Shown here: positions 1 through 11,500 of the stretch, one piece after another
How positions within the stretch are numbered: position 1 is the stretch's first letter
Layout of the letters: each line of letters opens with the position of its first letter
Source: a virus
Virus record (IMG/VR): IMGVR_UViG_3300043409_002154
Coordinates: 32,001-96,000 of that record
DNA: 64,000 bases
Strand: one strand, 5' to 3'
The notes under the pieces: model-generated
Told to the model about the DNA's origin: nothing
Databases searched by the model: none
Seen by the model: only the letters and a program-made list of their open reading frames with translations
Position numbers and translations under genes: made by a program

Positions 1-635
1 ACACATGACGCTAATTGAGGTACTTTTGTACCGGAATTAATCATAATTGGGGTTGCAGGAGAAATACGTTGGTTTGATAAAGAATTATAATATTCAAGAG
101 CTTCTTCATAAGTATTAGTAACCCATAATGAAACTCTCATATACATATGTTGAGGTCTTTCTACAACCTTACCTTGAGGGTTTTTTAGTAAATACATTTC
201 AGATAACGACCTCCAAGCAAAATAATCAAAGTTATAATCATTATCATGATTAATAACGGAATCAATATTATTTTCTCCGTATTTTTCTATAATATCAATT
301 AATTTTTTATGAATTATATTATCAGTATATAATTCTTTCATAGTTTCACAAAAACTTGGATTTGTTTCTTTATGATAAGAAGAAATTGCAACTGATGACG
401 CTAATCTAGAATAATCATGATGACTTCCGGTGTAAGACGCCGCAATTTCATAAACAAGTTTATCCAATTCTTTAGTAGTGATAACCCCTTCTGTTGGTAC
501 CGAAGTGATTACTTTAATAAAAACCTCATCTGAATTAACATTTAAACCTTTTGAAGATTTTTTAATTCTATTATATATTTTTTGTGGGTTAAATGAAACA
601 TCGTCCCCATCTCGTTTTTTTATTTTTAATGACAT
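1..635 (-). CDS. nrdA: Ribonucleotide reductase class Ia large subunit, N-terminal part (runs off the window)
   Basis: Manual translation from ATG at 635 gives MSLKIKKRDGDDVSFNPQKIYNRI (ATP cone) and later ERPQHMYMRV and ISPATPIMINSG; lies directly downstream of nrdB. Confidence 0.93.
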   Translation of the reverse strand, partial: MSLKIKKRDGDDVSFNPQKIYNRIKKSSKGLNVNSDEVFIKVITSVPTEGVITTKELDKLVYEIAASYTGSHHDYSRLASSVAISSYHKETNPSFCETMKELYTDNIIHKKLIDIIEKYGENNIDSVINHDNDYNFDYFAWRSLSEMYLLKNPQGKVVERPQHMYMRVSLWVTNTYEEALEYYNSLSNQRISPATPIMINSGTKVPQLASC

Positions 636-655
636 AGTTCTCTTAATATAATAAA

Positions 656-1603
656 TTAAAAATCAGAATCAAAGGTTAATGTCTCATTTAATTTTGCTTT
701 TTGATATTCCATAGTTCTGGACTCAAAAAAGTTCCCTTTTGTTTCAATTGCAATTTGTTCCATGAATTTAAATGGTTGTTCAACATTAAATACTTTTTTA
801 CAACCAAATTTAACTAATAAACCATCAGTTACAAATTCAAGATATTGTTTCATTAAATTTGAATTCATCCCAATTAAAGAAACAGGTAAAGATTCTGTAA
901 TAAATTCTTTTTCTATTTCTAATGCGGAAAGTAAAATTTCTTTAATTTTATTTTCACTTGGTTTATCTTCAATATGGTTGTTTATTAAGTGTATTGCAAA
1001 ATCACAATGTAAATTTTCATCTTTAAATATTAATGAATTAGCATTACAAAGACCTTGCATAACCCCTCTAGATTTTAACCAAAAAATAGAACAAAATGAA
1101 CCAGAAAAGAAAATACCTTCAACAGCGGCGAATGCAATTAATCTTTCTTGAAATGTTGAATTTTTAATCCAACTTAAGGCCCAAGTTGATTTCTTTTGAA
1201 CCGCAGGTAATCTATCAATTGCGTGAAAACATTCATCTTTTTCATTAGGGTTTGACACATACGTATCAATTAATAATGAATACATTAATGAATGAATGTT
1301 TTCCATCATAATTTGAAACCCATAAAAGAATTTAGCTTCAGGGTATTGAACTTCTTTTAAAAAGTTTTCTGCCAAATTTTCGTTGACAATCCCATCAGAA
1401 GCGGCAAAAAACGATAATATATTTTTTACAAAATATTTTTCATTTTCTGACAAGTTTTCCCAATCACGAATGTCATTTGACAAATCCACTTCTTCGGCGG
1501 TCCAAAAAGCCGCTTGGTGTTGTTTATAATATTCCCATATATCATTATGTTGTATTGGGAAAATAACAAATCTATCTTTGTTTTCTTTTAATATTTTTTC
1601 CAT
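656..1603 (-). CDS. nrdB: Ribonucleotide reductase class Ia small subunit (R2)
   Basis: [31 protein letters not shown] (radical Tyr), [10 protein letters not shown] and DENLH di-iron motifs. Confidence 0.97.
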   Translation of the reverse strand: MEKILKENKDRFVIFPIQHNDIWEYYKQHQAAFWTAEEVDLSNDIRDWENLSENEKYFVKNILSFFAASDGIVNENLAENFLKEVQYPEAKFFYGFQIMMENIHSLMYSLLIDTYVSNPNEKDECFHAIDRLPAVQKKSTWALSWIKNSTFQERLIAFAAVEGIFFSGSFCSIFWLKSRGVMQGLCNANSLIFKDENLHCDFAIHLINNHIEDKPSENKIKEILLSALEIEKEFITESLPVSLIGMNSNLMKQYLEFVTDGLLVKFGCKKVFNVEQPFKFMEQIAIETKGNFFESRTMEYQKAKLNETLTFDSDF

Positions 1604-1608
1604 ATTTT

Positions 1609-2982
1609 TTAACTTTGTCTTTGTTTTCTTTTTTCCATTAAATCTTTAACTCTATCACGTTGTCTTTCTTCTTGTTTTTCTTCAAGTCCCAAGAAAGTGA
1701 CAGAACTTTCAGTATCAATCTCAAGCATTCCATTATCAAATTTACAATTTTCAAAAACAACACCATCATCTCCAATCCTTGATTTTGTAATCGCTATTGT
1801 TGCTAATTTCATTTCTTTTTGTTGTAAACTTTTTGCCACTGTTATAATAACGTGACCTACTTGAGCCTTTTTAATTGACCCTCCCATTTGGTCAGTAGTT
1901 ACTACTTCAGAAGAAATAGAACTACGATTTCCTTGAGTTGCTGTCCACCCGACTAAATCCATTTCATGACACATTGCTTCAAAAGCTCTCATTACAGACC
2001 CTTCAGATTTCCATTCGTCTCCCAAATTTTTATCTGGAACAACACAATCAATATAATCTAAAGTAACCATATCAATTTTAATACCGTCAGCGACCATTTT
2101 ACGAATTTGATTTTTAATCTGTAACATAGTCATTGTATCTGATGGTAATTTTTTTAAAATTAAATGATTTGGCATCGCCTCTTTGATTTCATTAACTTTA
2201 GTCATCACTTCGTCTTTTCTCAATGTCAACTCATCCGGATGTATTTTAGTCCACAATGTAATATGTTTTCTTTGAATAATTTTTGGATTATCTTCAAAAA
2301 ATAATTGTAAAACATTATAACCTAAATTAAATGCGTGATTTGTAATTTTAGTCATTAGAGTGGTTTTACCGACCCCAGTTGGAGCAAGTATAACACCTAT
2401 CTCCCCTTTAGCTAAACCACCTTTAAGTAGTCTGTCAATACCTGAAATACCCATCGGTATTGGGTGACGATAATCTTCATTTAAAACATCATCCAAATTA
2501 GAAAACGCGTCAAGTAATCCGTCTCCTTTTGTTCCAACTTGTATTGCTTCTCTAATTAATTCTTCAGCTTTATCATAATTTTCAAACTCACCACCATCAA
2601 TTATTTTTTGAACTTTAACCATGGCTTTTTGAAGTTCTTGTTGTTTACAAAACTTCATGCCTTTTTCTTGAACAAAACCTAATCCACTACTTGGAGCTTC
2701 TTTTATTTTTGTTAAAGTATCTAAAACTATTTTTGACGCTAGTTCTTGTTGTAATTCAACTTTGGTTATTTGTTCTAAAGTTTCAAATGATGGGGTATGT
2801 TCAAATTTAACATAATATTCTTTAATCATTTGAATTATGATTTTAAAATATTTGTTTTCAAAATAATCAGATTCAATAACATCAATTATTGACCTACCGA
2901 ATTCTTTATCTATTATGATTTGATTTAAAAGTTGTAACTGAAAAACGCTACCTAAATATTCAAAATTTTTACCAGTTCCCAT
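1609..2982 (-). CDS. dnaB: Replicative SF4 DNA helicase (DnaB/T4 gp41-like)
   Basis: Walker A APTGVGKT, Walker [14 protein letters not shown] and KSR motifs. Confidence 0.92.
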   Translation of the reverse strand: MGTGKNFEYLGSVFQLQLLNQIIIDKEFGRSIIDVIESDYFENKYFKIIIQMIKEYYVKFEHTPSFETLEQITKVELQQELASKIVLDTLTKIKEAPSSGLGFVQEKGMKFCKQQELQKAMVKVQKIIDGGEFENYDKAEELIREAIQVGTKGDGLLDAFSNLDDVLNEDYRHPIPMGISGIDRLLKGGLAKGEIGVILAPTGVGKTTLMTKITNHAFNLGYNVLQLFFEDNPKIIQRKHITLWTKIHPDELTLRKDEVMTKVNEIKEAMPNHLILKKLPSDTMTMLQIKNQIRKMVADGIKIDMVTLDYIDCVVPDKNLGDEWKSEGSVMRAFEAMCHEMDLVGWTATQGNRSSISSEVVTTDQMGGSIKKAQVGHVIITVAKSLQQKEMKLATIAITKSRIGDDGVVFENCKFDNGMLEIDTESSVTFLGLEEKQEERQRDRVKDLMEKRKQRQS

Positions 2983-3007
2983 TTTTAATTCTTCCTTTTA
3001 ATAAATA

Positions 3008-3460
3008 TTACACATCTAACTTTACTTCCGCATATTCATAAGACAATTCATTTGATGAAAAAATCTCAGTTAAACTTGTCAGTAGTCTTTTTATGTGCGG
3101 GCGTATATCTACGGTGTATCTTATCTTAGGTGGGTACACTTTAGCGTCAAAAATTCTGTGACAAATTGTCGTATCATTTATTTTAATATAAATGTTAAAA
3201 ATTTCAGGACCGTCAGTATATGACGTATTTAATAGTTCTGGATTATCTTTAATTTCTTCTTTGTTTTCTAAAAGATAAACAACCGATTTTAATTTAAACT
3301 CAGAACTTACTAAGTCTTTAAATTCTTTTAGAAAAAGATAAAGCTCTTCTGAATTTTTAGCATTTGGATTATAATCCCTTACATTAAAAAATCTTTGGAC
3401 AATAATGTTTTGATTAACTGTCATTAAAAATTCTAATTTTGTTGAATCTAGGTCTTTCAT
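3008..3460 (-). CDS. Hypothetical protein in the replication operon
   Basis: 150-aa ORF overlapping the exonuclease stop; no recognised motif. Confidence 0.75.
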   Translation of the reverse strand: MKDLDSTKLEFLMTVNQNIIVQRFFNVRDYNPNAKNSEELYLFLKEFKDLVSSEFKLKSVVYLLENKEEIKDNPELLNTSYTDGPEIFNIYIKINDTTICHRIFDAKVYPPKIRYTVDIRPHIKRLLTSLTEIFSSNELSYEYAEVKLDV

Positions 3461-4470
3461 ATTATGTTATTTTTTTGATATTTATTTTTTTCTTTTCTTG
3501 TTAATTTTAAAAATGGTTTTAAGAAATAAACCCACGCATTGTCTGTTTTAGGTAAAAATTTAAAAAGTCCATCCTCCATCATCATTTTCATTAAATTTTT
3601 ATAACCTCTACCATCAGGGTCTAAAGTTTCTTTATAATATTCTTGAACAATTTGTTTAACTTCATCAGTTATTAATGGTTCCGACAAATCAATAATTTTT
3701 GAGTTTGTTTCAAAAAATTTATTCCCAAATATACCATTTTTTGTTCTACCAGACAATAAATTTTTAAGTGATTTATTATTTTTATCTTCATTTAATAACG
3801 TTTCCGCCTTTATTAAAATATCATTAAAATTTATGGGTTTTTCAAGTATTTCGGGAAATAATTTAACTAATGTTTTTTCACCTAAATAATAAATCCCATC
3901 AATATTGTCAGATTTATCTCCTGATAATATCTTATATGTTTTAATATTTTCGTGAGGAAATTCATAATGTTTTATTCGAATTTTATCTCCGTTTTTATAG
4001 GTTACTTTACTCATTGGTGAGTATATAGAAACCTTTTCAGAAATTAATTGAGTTAAATCCTTATCTGAAGATACTATGGTTTTATTTTCGTCTTGAGAAA
4101 TTAAACAATAATACGCAATTAAATCGTCAGCTTCATTATTATCCTGTTCAATTTGACGTATAAAAGTTTCTTCTAAATATTGTTTAATTCTACCTTTTTG
4201 TTCGTCAAAAGAATCATTTTCCATTTCATTAACCCCATGTCTGCGGTTTTCTTTATATTGAGGATATAAAATTTTTCTAGTTGACGAATTGTCGTCACCG
4301 TCCCACATAACAACTACTTTATCAAAGTTTTGTTCATCGATAAGTCTTCTAATAGTGTTTATAAAATACCATATTCCTCCAACATGTTTATCATTATGGT
4401 AAAAATCTTTTACTCCACAAACCCCAATTTTTAATAAATTGTTAGCGTCAATTAATAATGTTTTTGTCAC
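3457..4470 (-). CDS. 5'-3' exonuclease / flap endonuclease (T4 RNase H or PolI N-terminus-like)
   Basis: LLIDANN, YPQYKENR, EADDLIA, SSDKDLTQL and GDKSDNIDG..GEKT helix-hairpin-helix; GTG start. Confidence 0.93.
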   Translation of the reverse strand: MTKTLLIDANNLLKIGVCGVKDFYHNDKHVGGIWYFINTIRRLIDEQNFDKVVVMWDGDDNSSTRKILYPQYKENRRHGVNEMENDSFDEQKGRIKQYLEETFIRQIEQDNNEADDLIAYYCLISQDENKTIVSSDKDLTQLISEKVSIYSPMSKVTYKNGDKIRIKHYEFPHENIKTYKILSGDKSDNIDGIYYLGEKTLVKLFPEILEKPINFNDILIKAETLLNEDKNNKSLKNLLSGRTKNGIFGNKFFETNSKIIDLSEPLITDEVKQIVQEYYKETLDPDGRGYKNLMKMMMEDGLFKFLPKTDNAWVYFLKPFLKLTRKEKNKYQKNNII

Positions 4471-4491
4471 TTCCTTTGTTTATATTCGTTA

Positions 4492-5151
4492 CTATAAAAT
4501 TTTGTTACTCTTTTTCAAATTATCTTCCGCCCATAATGGTTGAAGATTTTTATAATGACACAACTTATAAAGTTCGTCCTCTGTTTTTACCGACGATAAT
4601 GGAATGATATGGTCAATATGCCACTCACTCCTGTTATCCCAACTCATACCATCAGTAAATTGGGTTTCTAAATATTCTTTTAGAAATTGGGGGGTACAAC
4701 CTACAATATCAAAAGTTTTGTTTCTTTTGGTGATATTATGAGTAATTAAGTATTTTCTTAATCTACTTCTCATTCTATTAACTAAATTAAAAACAGGGTC
4801 ATTATCACTCCTTTCTTTTCTTCGTTCGTATTTTCTTGGTTTATAATTTTCTCGATATTCTTTTCTTTTTCCCGGATTTTTATCTAACCAATTTTTTCTT
4901 AACTCTTTAACTTTACCGGGGTTTCCTTCTCTCCATTTTTTGTAACGATTGTAAACCCATTCAGGATTTTTTGCTGTCCATTTCCTATGTTGTTCTAATG
5001 TTTTTTGATAATTTTCATTACGATAAATTTTACTTCGTTCATTATTACATTTTTTACAACAATATAGTAATCCATCGTCAGAAGATTTTGAATTACCAAA
5101 TTCACAATTTTTTTTTTCTTCTTTACATTTAGAACAAACTTTAGTTTCCAT
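4492..5151 (-). CDS. Free-standing HNH homing-type endonuclease with N-terminal Zn ribbon
   Basis: CSKC...CCKKC at the N-terminus; C-terminal WHIDHIIPLS...HYKNLQPLWAEDNLKK. Confidence 0.85.
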   Translation of the reverse strand: METKVCSKCKEEKKNCEFGNSKSSDDGLLYCCKKCNNERSKIYRNENYQKTLEQHRKWTAKNPEWVYNRYKKWREGNPGKVKELRKNWLDKNPGKRKEYRENYKPRKYERRKERSDNDPVFNLVNRMRSRLRKYLITHNITKRNKTFDIVGCTPQFLKEYLETQFTDGMSWDNRSEWHIDHIIPLSSVKTEDELYKLCHYKNLQPLWAEDNLKKSNKIL

Positions 5152-5293
5152 TTTTAATATATTCTTTTAATAATTTATTAACAAGGGAAGATAAATTTAT
5201 AGATTTATTTTTGAAGTGTTGAGGTAATTCGGGGTCAATCGCGACCGAAACCTTTACCTTTTTTTTATCTTCATCAATCTTATGTCTTCCCAT
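5141..5293 (-). CDS. Small ribbon-helix-helix (CopG-like) DNA-binding protein, 50 aa, not in the ORF track
   Basis: Manual translation MGRHKIDEDKKKVKVSVAIDPELPQHFKNKSINLSSLVNKLLKEYIKNGN*: alternating beta strand then two helices; its end overlaps the HNH start codon. Confidence 0.7.
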   Translation of the reverse strand: MGRHKIDEDKKKVKVSVAIDPELPQHFKNKSINLSSLVNKLLKEYIKNGN

Positions 5294-5345
5294 ATTATAT
5301 AAATACCTTAAAAATACTTAAAAGTAGTAATAGTATCAATTTTTT

Positions 5346-6338
5346 TTATTCTTCTTCAAAACTTTCGGTTTCTGATTCCTCAAGTGTAATCTCCCCCGTA
5401 CCACTAAGTATGGCATTCCAATACCCGGAATACTCTTTTTTATATTTATCTAACGACTCTTTTGTATCTGCAATATATCCTTGAGGGACCACAATAATTT
5501 TACTATCCTTATATTGTATTCCGTTTACGTGATTTTTTAATATAGAAATTTTTGTTCTAGTTGCATATGAAATAGTCCTTCCATTTTTAGTCGCCGTAAT
5601 ATGGTTTATACCCGCTTTTTTTTGATTACCAAATAAAAATACCAAACTACTAGCTAACCATATCGCTTCACCACCTTTACTCTTAATTTCCGGTTGACCA
5701 AAGGGGTTATCAGGTAAAAGAACCCAAGGTTGGTTCAAAAAAACTATTGTATTATAATACGGATAATCTTCTTTTTTAGATTTTGAAATTCTAGAATGAA
5801 CCCCCATACCTACTTTATCTGCCAACACCCTTGCCGAGTGCATAGACCCACCTTTTCCCTCAAAAGTCATTTGACACGGAATACTACCAATTGAGTCCCA
5901 TAGGAATAGTAAATTATACGGTACGTCACCTTTTTCTTGAGCATCTAAAACATCGTTGATAAAGTCAGTGGCCTGTTCAATAACATCAAAACTATCATTA
6001 AAGATGAAATGTCCATCCCACTCACCATTCTCATTCTGTTCTGCTTGTAAACCTAATTCAACCGCGTGAAACCAGGACCATTTTTTTTCCGTTATAATAA
6101 ACACCGGTAAGTGACCCTTTTTTTGAGCATCAACCGCTGCCAATATCATTGCCGTTGATTTTGAAGTATTTGAATGTCCTAAGAACATATTAATACCCCC
6201 CATTACAGGTCCTGGTAAACCACAAGCATCCATAAATGCGTCACCACAATTATAAAAACTTTCAGGTTTGTATTTTGTTTTTGTTGAGTATTTCTCTTTT
6301 ATATTTGAAAGAGAAGTGTCTTTTTTTTTAATTGCCAT
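5346..6338 (-). CDS. recA: RecA/UvsX-like recombinase
   Basis: P-loop-like GHSNTSKST, Walker B LFLWDSIGS, FLNQ, KGGEAI and KNHV; next to SSB. Confidence 0.85.
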   Translation of the reverse strand: MAIKKKDTSLSNIKEKYSTKTKYKPESFYNCGDAFMDACGLPGPVMGGINMFLGHSNTSKSTAMILAAVDAQKKGHLPVFIITEKKWSWFHAVELGLQAEQNENGEWDGHFIFNDSFDVIEQATDFINDVLDAQEKGDVPYNLLFLWDSIGSIPCQMTFEGKGGSMHSARVLADKVGMGVHSRISKSKKEDYPYYNTIVFLNQPWVLLPDNPFGQPEIKSKGGEAIWLASSLVFLFGNQKKAGINHITATKNGRTISYATRTKISILKNHVNGIQYKDSKIIVVPQGYIADTKESLDKYKKEYSGYWNAILSGTGEITLEESETESFEEE

Positions 6339-6340
6339 GG

Positions 6341-6565
6341 TTAAATATATTTATTAAAATGGTTAATTGTTTCAAGTTTGTCTTTAGCGTTTGCTAATTT
6401 TTCAACAAATTTATCCATTTCTTCTAAATGTTGTGGATGTTCACCAATACCAACCGGATTTGTAAAATAAATAAGTAATGTTGTTTCAGCTTCACTAATT
6501 TGAGCTTCATATTTTTTTACAAGTGATTCATACATCATTTGTGAAATTTTTTGTTCTGTTTTCAT
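6341..6565 (-). CDS. Small hypothetical phage protein (PVGIGEHP motif)
   Basis: 74-aa helical ORF, 2 nt upstream of recA. Confidence 0.75.
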   Translation of the reverse strand: MKTEQKISQMMYESLVKKYEAQISEAETTLLIYFTNPVGIGEHPQHLEEMDKFVEKLANAKDKLETINHFNKYI

Positions 6566-6589
6566 AATTAAAATTAAAAATTTACATAA

Positions 6590-6626
6590 AAAAAAGCGTG
6601 GATTATAATTAATTTAATCCACGCTT
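6590..6626 (-). terminator. Intrinsic terminator after the SSB gene
   Basis: 12-bp stem AAGCGTGGATTA/TAATCCACGCTT followed by a T run on the minus strand. Confidence 0.8.
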
Positions 6627-6632
6627 ACTTAA

Positions 6633-7490
6633 TTAAAACGGCATTTCTGAATCTGGTTCTGAATCAGACTGCGGGTCTTTATTTGTTGTTAAATTTTTTC
6701 CACCCATGGAAACGGTACTTTCTGTTGTGTTACTATAAGCGTATTTTCCTGCTTCAGAATCCCAACGTGGAGTTTCACCTCTTGCGATTGATTCAAGATA
6801 TTCAACAGGTTTTTTAGAGTAAACATCGTCCCAACCTAATTCATCGGTAATCCAACCACTAGAAATATCTTTACTTTTATGTAATGGAGTTGGGTCATCG
6901 TGCATAATAGTTTGAATAACAGTATATGTTGCCCCTTTTGGAGTTTTCGCTTTCGCTAATTCAAGGATAATGTCTCTACCATTTTCAGCGTCAGTAATAT
7001 CACCTTTTGCTCTCCAAATAGGAATAATTTTATCTAAAACACCTTCATTTTTATAATTGTGTTTAAATCTCCAAAATTTAACTCCGTCATCTTCATTATC
7101 ACGGTCAATAAGTTTAACAATATAAAATTTGCGAGCTTTGTATTGTTTAGCTAATTCTTTGTCAGATTCTTTACCAGTTGACATAAGTTCTTCATAAACT
7201 TCAGTTAAAGGAGAACGTTCGTTATCATTTTTTCCTGGGTCATAAAACTTCTGCCATTTTCCGTCTAATAAAATCTCATGAAACCAAACTTCTTTAAATG
7301 GAGAACTTCCATCATTTGTTGGTAAAATTCTTAATTTACGCTGACCTTGTTTTTCATTGTCTTTTAGGATAGCCGCAAAATATTTTTTCATTCTTTCATC
7401 TTGTGACATTTTAAAAGTGGAAGATGAACCGCTTTGTTTTGAAGTCTCATACTGAGCTAAAACCGAATCTAATGTGCTTTTTGTTGACAT
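6633..7490 (-). CDS. Single-stranded DNA-binding protein (T4 gp32-like)
   Basis: LRILP...PFKEVWFH and GDITDAENGRDI motifs; acidic tail ending DSEMPF. Confidence 0.85.
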   Translation of the reverse strand: MSTKSTLDSVLAQYETSKQSGSSSTFKMSQDERMKKYFAAILKDNEKQGQRKLRILPTNDGSSPFKEVWFHEILLDGKWQKFYDPGKNDNERSPLTEVYEELMSTGKESDKELAKQYKARKFYIVKLIDRDNEDDGVKFWRFKHNYKNEGVLDKIIPIWRAKGDITDAENGRDIILELAKAKTPKGATYTVIQTIMHDDPTPLHKSKDISSGWITDELGWDDVYSKKPVEYLESIARGETPRWDSEAGKYAYSNTTESTVSMGGKNLTTNKDPQSDSEPDSEMPF

Positions 7491-7520
7491 GTGTATATAT
7501 TGTTAAATTGTTTCACATAA

Positions 7521-7549
7521 AATATAGACAATAAAAAACATTATGTCAA
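7521..7549 (-). promoter_or_regulatory. Sigma70-type promoter upstream of SSB
   Basis: TTGACA-N17-TATATT on the minus strand, just downstream of a terminator. Confidence 0.65.
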
Positions 7550-7563
7550 TTACCATTTAAATT

Positions 7564-7586
7564 AAAAACGACCCTAAGGTCGTTTT
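7564..7586 (-). terminator. Intrinsic terminator at the end of the tail/baseplate block
   Basis: AAAACGACC-TTAG-GGTCGTTTTT on the minus strand. Confidence 0.8.
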
Positions 7587-7590
7587 ATTA

Positions 7591-8226
7591 TTAATTTTTG
7601 TTAGTTGGTTCGTTGTTTTGAAAGTTCCTAAAACTTTTTTTAATTTCACTTGGTTGATAATTTTCAACCTCGTCTTGCGTTAGAATATATTGGTCCTTCC
7701 CAGATTTTTCAAAATCATCTTGTTTGTCTTCAAAAAAATCACTAAGTTTTTGATTATAAGGCCCTGAATCTAATGTTCTTAACTGTATTTTTTCTTCAGG
7801 TGTTTTAATTCTATATTTTTCAATCTTTGCTTCTAAACTGTTAAGTTTATTAACAATAGTGTCCATGTCAGATAATTTACTTTCTAAGTTAGTTAATTGA
7901 CTAAATAAATTTTGAAAATATTCTTCTTGTTTTTCTTCAACATTTTTTTGTGAATTAACTAAGTCCGTTATATCAAGTTCTTCTTTTTTATCCGAATCAC
8001 CATCAAGTTTTTCAACATCTGGGTCGTTTTTAACATCTACAGGAACTGGGGGAGTTGAAGTCTCACCAGTTGGCGTTTCTGGAGCTGGAGGTAATAACGG
8101 TAATTCCTCACCTGTTGGTGCAAGAGCATCTGGATTTGGGGGTAATGCCGCATCTTGCTCATTAATATAACTATTAATACTGTTATATCTTTTTAATTCT
8201 TCTAAAATTTTTATATCTATTTTCAT
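7591..8226 (-). CDS. Hypothetical protein with a Pro-rich linker and coiled coil
   Basis: 211-aa ORF with N-terminal ...YINEQ leader, Pro/Glu-rich segment and heptad region. Confidence 0.75.
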   Translation of the reverse strand: MKIDIKILEELKRYNSINSYINEQDAALPPNPDALAPTGEELPLLPPAPETPTGETSTPPVPVDVKNDPDVEKLDGDSDKKEELDITDLVNSQKNVEEKQEEYFQNLFSQLTNLESKLSDMDTIVNKLNSLEAKIEKYRIKTPEEKIQLRTLDSGPYNQKLSDFFEDKQDDFEKSGKDQYILTQDEVENYQPSEIKKSFRNFQNNEPTNKN

Positions 8227-8230
8227 TTTT

Positions 8231-8455
8231 TTATCCGTTTAAAAGTTGTTTTACCCCTTGCAAAGTTTCAACTTGAATTTTTTTATTTTGTTTCATAGTG
8301 TTATCAACTCTTTCAATTAACCCGTCTTTCATTCTAATAGTATAACAATCACCAGTATCTAAATCACATACTTCTTTAAACCCATTACCAGCATCTTTTT
8401 CAGTTGTACGAGTACTTTTACCTAAATAACCATCTAAAATTAATTTCACATCCAT
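8231..8455 (-). CDS. Hypothetical protein
   Basis: 74-aa ORF with an upstream TATTTAT motif. Confidence 0.7.
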   Translation of the reverse strand: MDVKLILDGYLGKSTRTTEKDAGNGFKEVCDLDTGDCYTIRMKDGLIERVDNTMKQNKKIQVETLQGVKQLLNG

Positions 8456-8537
8456 AACTTTTTTATTATAAATATTGCGACTTTTAAAAAAGTATTATTG
8501 AAGTCATTATTGTTGGAGTAATTGTTGATATAACACT

Positions 8538-11500
8538 TTATGTTTTTGTAACACTAAAAATATTTATACCTTGACTAATCCTTTGTTCCATAATCTTTTT
8601 TTCTTCAATACTAATATTATTATAATTTTCCTGACCAACATTAGAATCGCTTTCTATATTAATTACCCAAAACTTTAAAGCCTCCTCCGATTTTAACTGT
8701 AGTTTTTCATTTAAACTTAACTGATTTAATCGTATACTCCATCTATTAATTAAAAAGGAGATAGAATTTTTTAAACTATCAAATAGGGCAAATGGTTTAA
8801 CAATATTAACATTATTTTTTAAACACACATAACTATTTTTATTGAAAAAATTTGAAGTTTCCGCCCAATCAGTTGTTAAATCAATAGACGCAAAATTATT
8901 ATTTACCGCCGAAAATCCAGTTTTATTACCCGAGGTTAAATAAAAAGAACAAAATATAATTTGTTCTAATATCTTTTTATCTCTAGTTGACAACGCTGTA
9001 ATACTTACAGTGGAGATTATTATTGTTTTAATTTCTTTAAAATTATAAGTTGTTATTACTTTATCAACACTGTCTAACTGATAGTATTTTTCATATCGTT
9101 TATATAAACTTTCATTACAATCAATTACCTCGGCAATTTCAACACCTTTAGTCGCTTTTGATATCACATATGAACTGTTATTTATAATATTACCACTACT
9201 TAATTTACCAGAGGACGCTTGTTGTTTTATAAGTTGTTCAGATTTAGTTATTAAAGATTGTTTTAATGTTGCTAAATAATCAGTCGGTAATGGTAAACTT
9301 GCTATAGGCTGTCTAACACCTTCAAAAGAAGTGTCAAATTTACCTGGAGATATTGTATGATTAACACTGGTTATCATATATGGGCCTGAAAACATTGGGA
9401 CGTGTCTAAGATTAAAATACATTGTTGGTTGAATCATAGCATTACCTAACATATTAACAGTGCATTTATAAGACCTAGTTTTATATAAATCATATAATCC
9501 GGAACTTTGTGAGGATGTTCCTCTACCAGAACCTTGATTTCTCGTATCAAACAACATTTTATATGTTTCAGCGGTTTCTAATCTAGAATCTTGACCTACT
9601 GTAAACCCATTAAAAATTGATTGGTTTTGCGGACCAAATTCTACATTAAAGGCAACAACTTTATTTGAAAGAGCCCAATCAACTTTATTTTGTTGATTTT
9701 CAGATAAAGGATTGTCGCTAGCCCTTCTCATATCAAACGAATCGTCTTTATATCTACTAGAACTATTGTTATCTGTTTTTAAAAATTCACTAGCTTTACC
9801 ACCATAAAAACAAACCATTTTTGATGATGATTCTCTATAATCAACATTTGTAAAAGTTCCAAATAACGTATTACCAAACTCTAAAGTGCCCTCAGCTTTT
9901 GGTATTGGGTTTTTTATAACATCTTGCACATTATAAAAATTAACATATGATGGTAAATTCATTATAACAAAATTAGAATCCATTATAATACTTCTAACCG
10001 TAGTTAATAAATCTACTTTAGGGTTAATTTTTGATAAATAAACATCTTTTACCTTGAAAATATCAATAATAACCTCTTGCCCTAGGTTTTTACTGGCCCT
10101 ATCAAGCAATAATACATCCTCAAACAATGTTTTATTTTTAAAATCATTTCCTGAAATCCATTTATCATTAATTGCTTTAAAACTGTCATACAATTCATAT
10201 TTATTTTGCGTCCCTTGAATCGTAGAATTTCTTGTTATTAGCGGTTCAATTTTTACCGTATCTAATTTTTTATTAAGGATTGAAAAAATATTATTGACAA
10301 TACCATCATGAAATGTTATTGATTTGTCTAAATACTCATCCATTGATTGTTTAAACGCATAATTAGATTCAGATTGTTTTGTGGTTGGAATGTTGGGATA
10401 ACTAGGGTTTGGCAATTTTACATAGTTAACAACAAGATATTTTTGTAATGCCGCTCTAGGGTCGGAAAATTTTGGTCCGTAATATTCAATAATAACTTCA
10501 TCTACAATACCTCTAATTATTTCATCGTCAGTAAGATTACCACCAAAATTATTAATTAATGTTTTATTTGGTGAAATATATATTGTTTTACCACTCACAT
10601 CTCTTAATATTGGAACAATATTGAAATTATTAGTTTTATATAAATTTAAAATTTCTTCACCAATAATATTTGATAATGTTGGCGTGGCAGATGGTACTCC
10701 AATTGAAGGCGTTGGAGTTATTGAAGGTGTTGGCGTTACTGATGGAGCTCCATTTGAAGGCGTTGGAGTCACAGTTGGAGCCTGTTTTATTTCAGCATAC
10801 GCAATTAAATTTTTTTCAATTGCGGAAATAGGAACGGTCGGCGTTTTTGGTGTTAAAGATTGTAATAATTTTTGAGAAGAATATAATTTAATTATTGTCG
10901 CCAGTTTTTTTATATTTACACTTGTAAAAGCAACATTAAAATCAATAAAAAAATCAGTTATATAAGAACCATTATTACTATATGTTAAATTTTCATTATT
11001 TGAAAATCCAACATACAATTCTAAATCTTTCCAAGCTTGTGAATAGTTAGATTTTGAGACTTCTAAGGAAGGAACCGAATTTCCTTTAATAGGTAACGCG
11101 TTTGGAGTTGTTGTTGTATACAATTCCCAAGTAATTGGTTCAATAATAAATTTATTTGAAAACGAATAAAAAAGTTTTTTATCAAAAAATGATGGGTTTC
11201 CATTTACAAATAAAATATCATTATTTAAAAAATCATTTAAAACGATATTGGTATTTTTAATTTGCGATGTTTGTATTTTTTCTAATAAACCCTCATTTGT
11301 CATCCCACTATAAAAAGTTTCGTCATATGGAACCGTTAAAATACTCTTAATTAAAACTTGAAAATTTATATTTTTTAGATTTGTTTCATCAGATATTAAT
11401 TTTGAATCAATATTTGTTTCGGAAACACAAAAATTTAAAAATTCTTTTTCAAAACCATCTAACATATTTTTATCAAAAACTGAAAACATCTCTTCAATAC

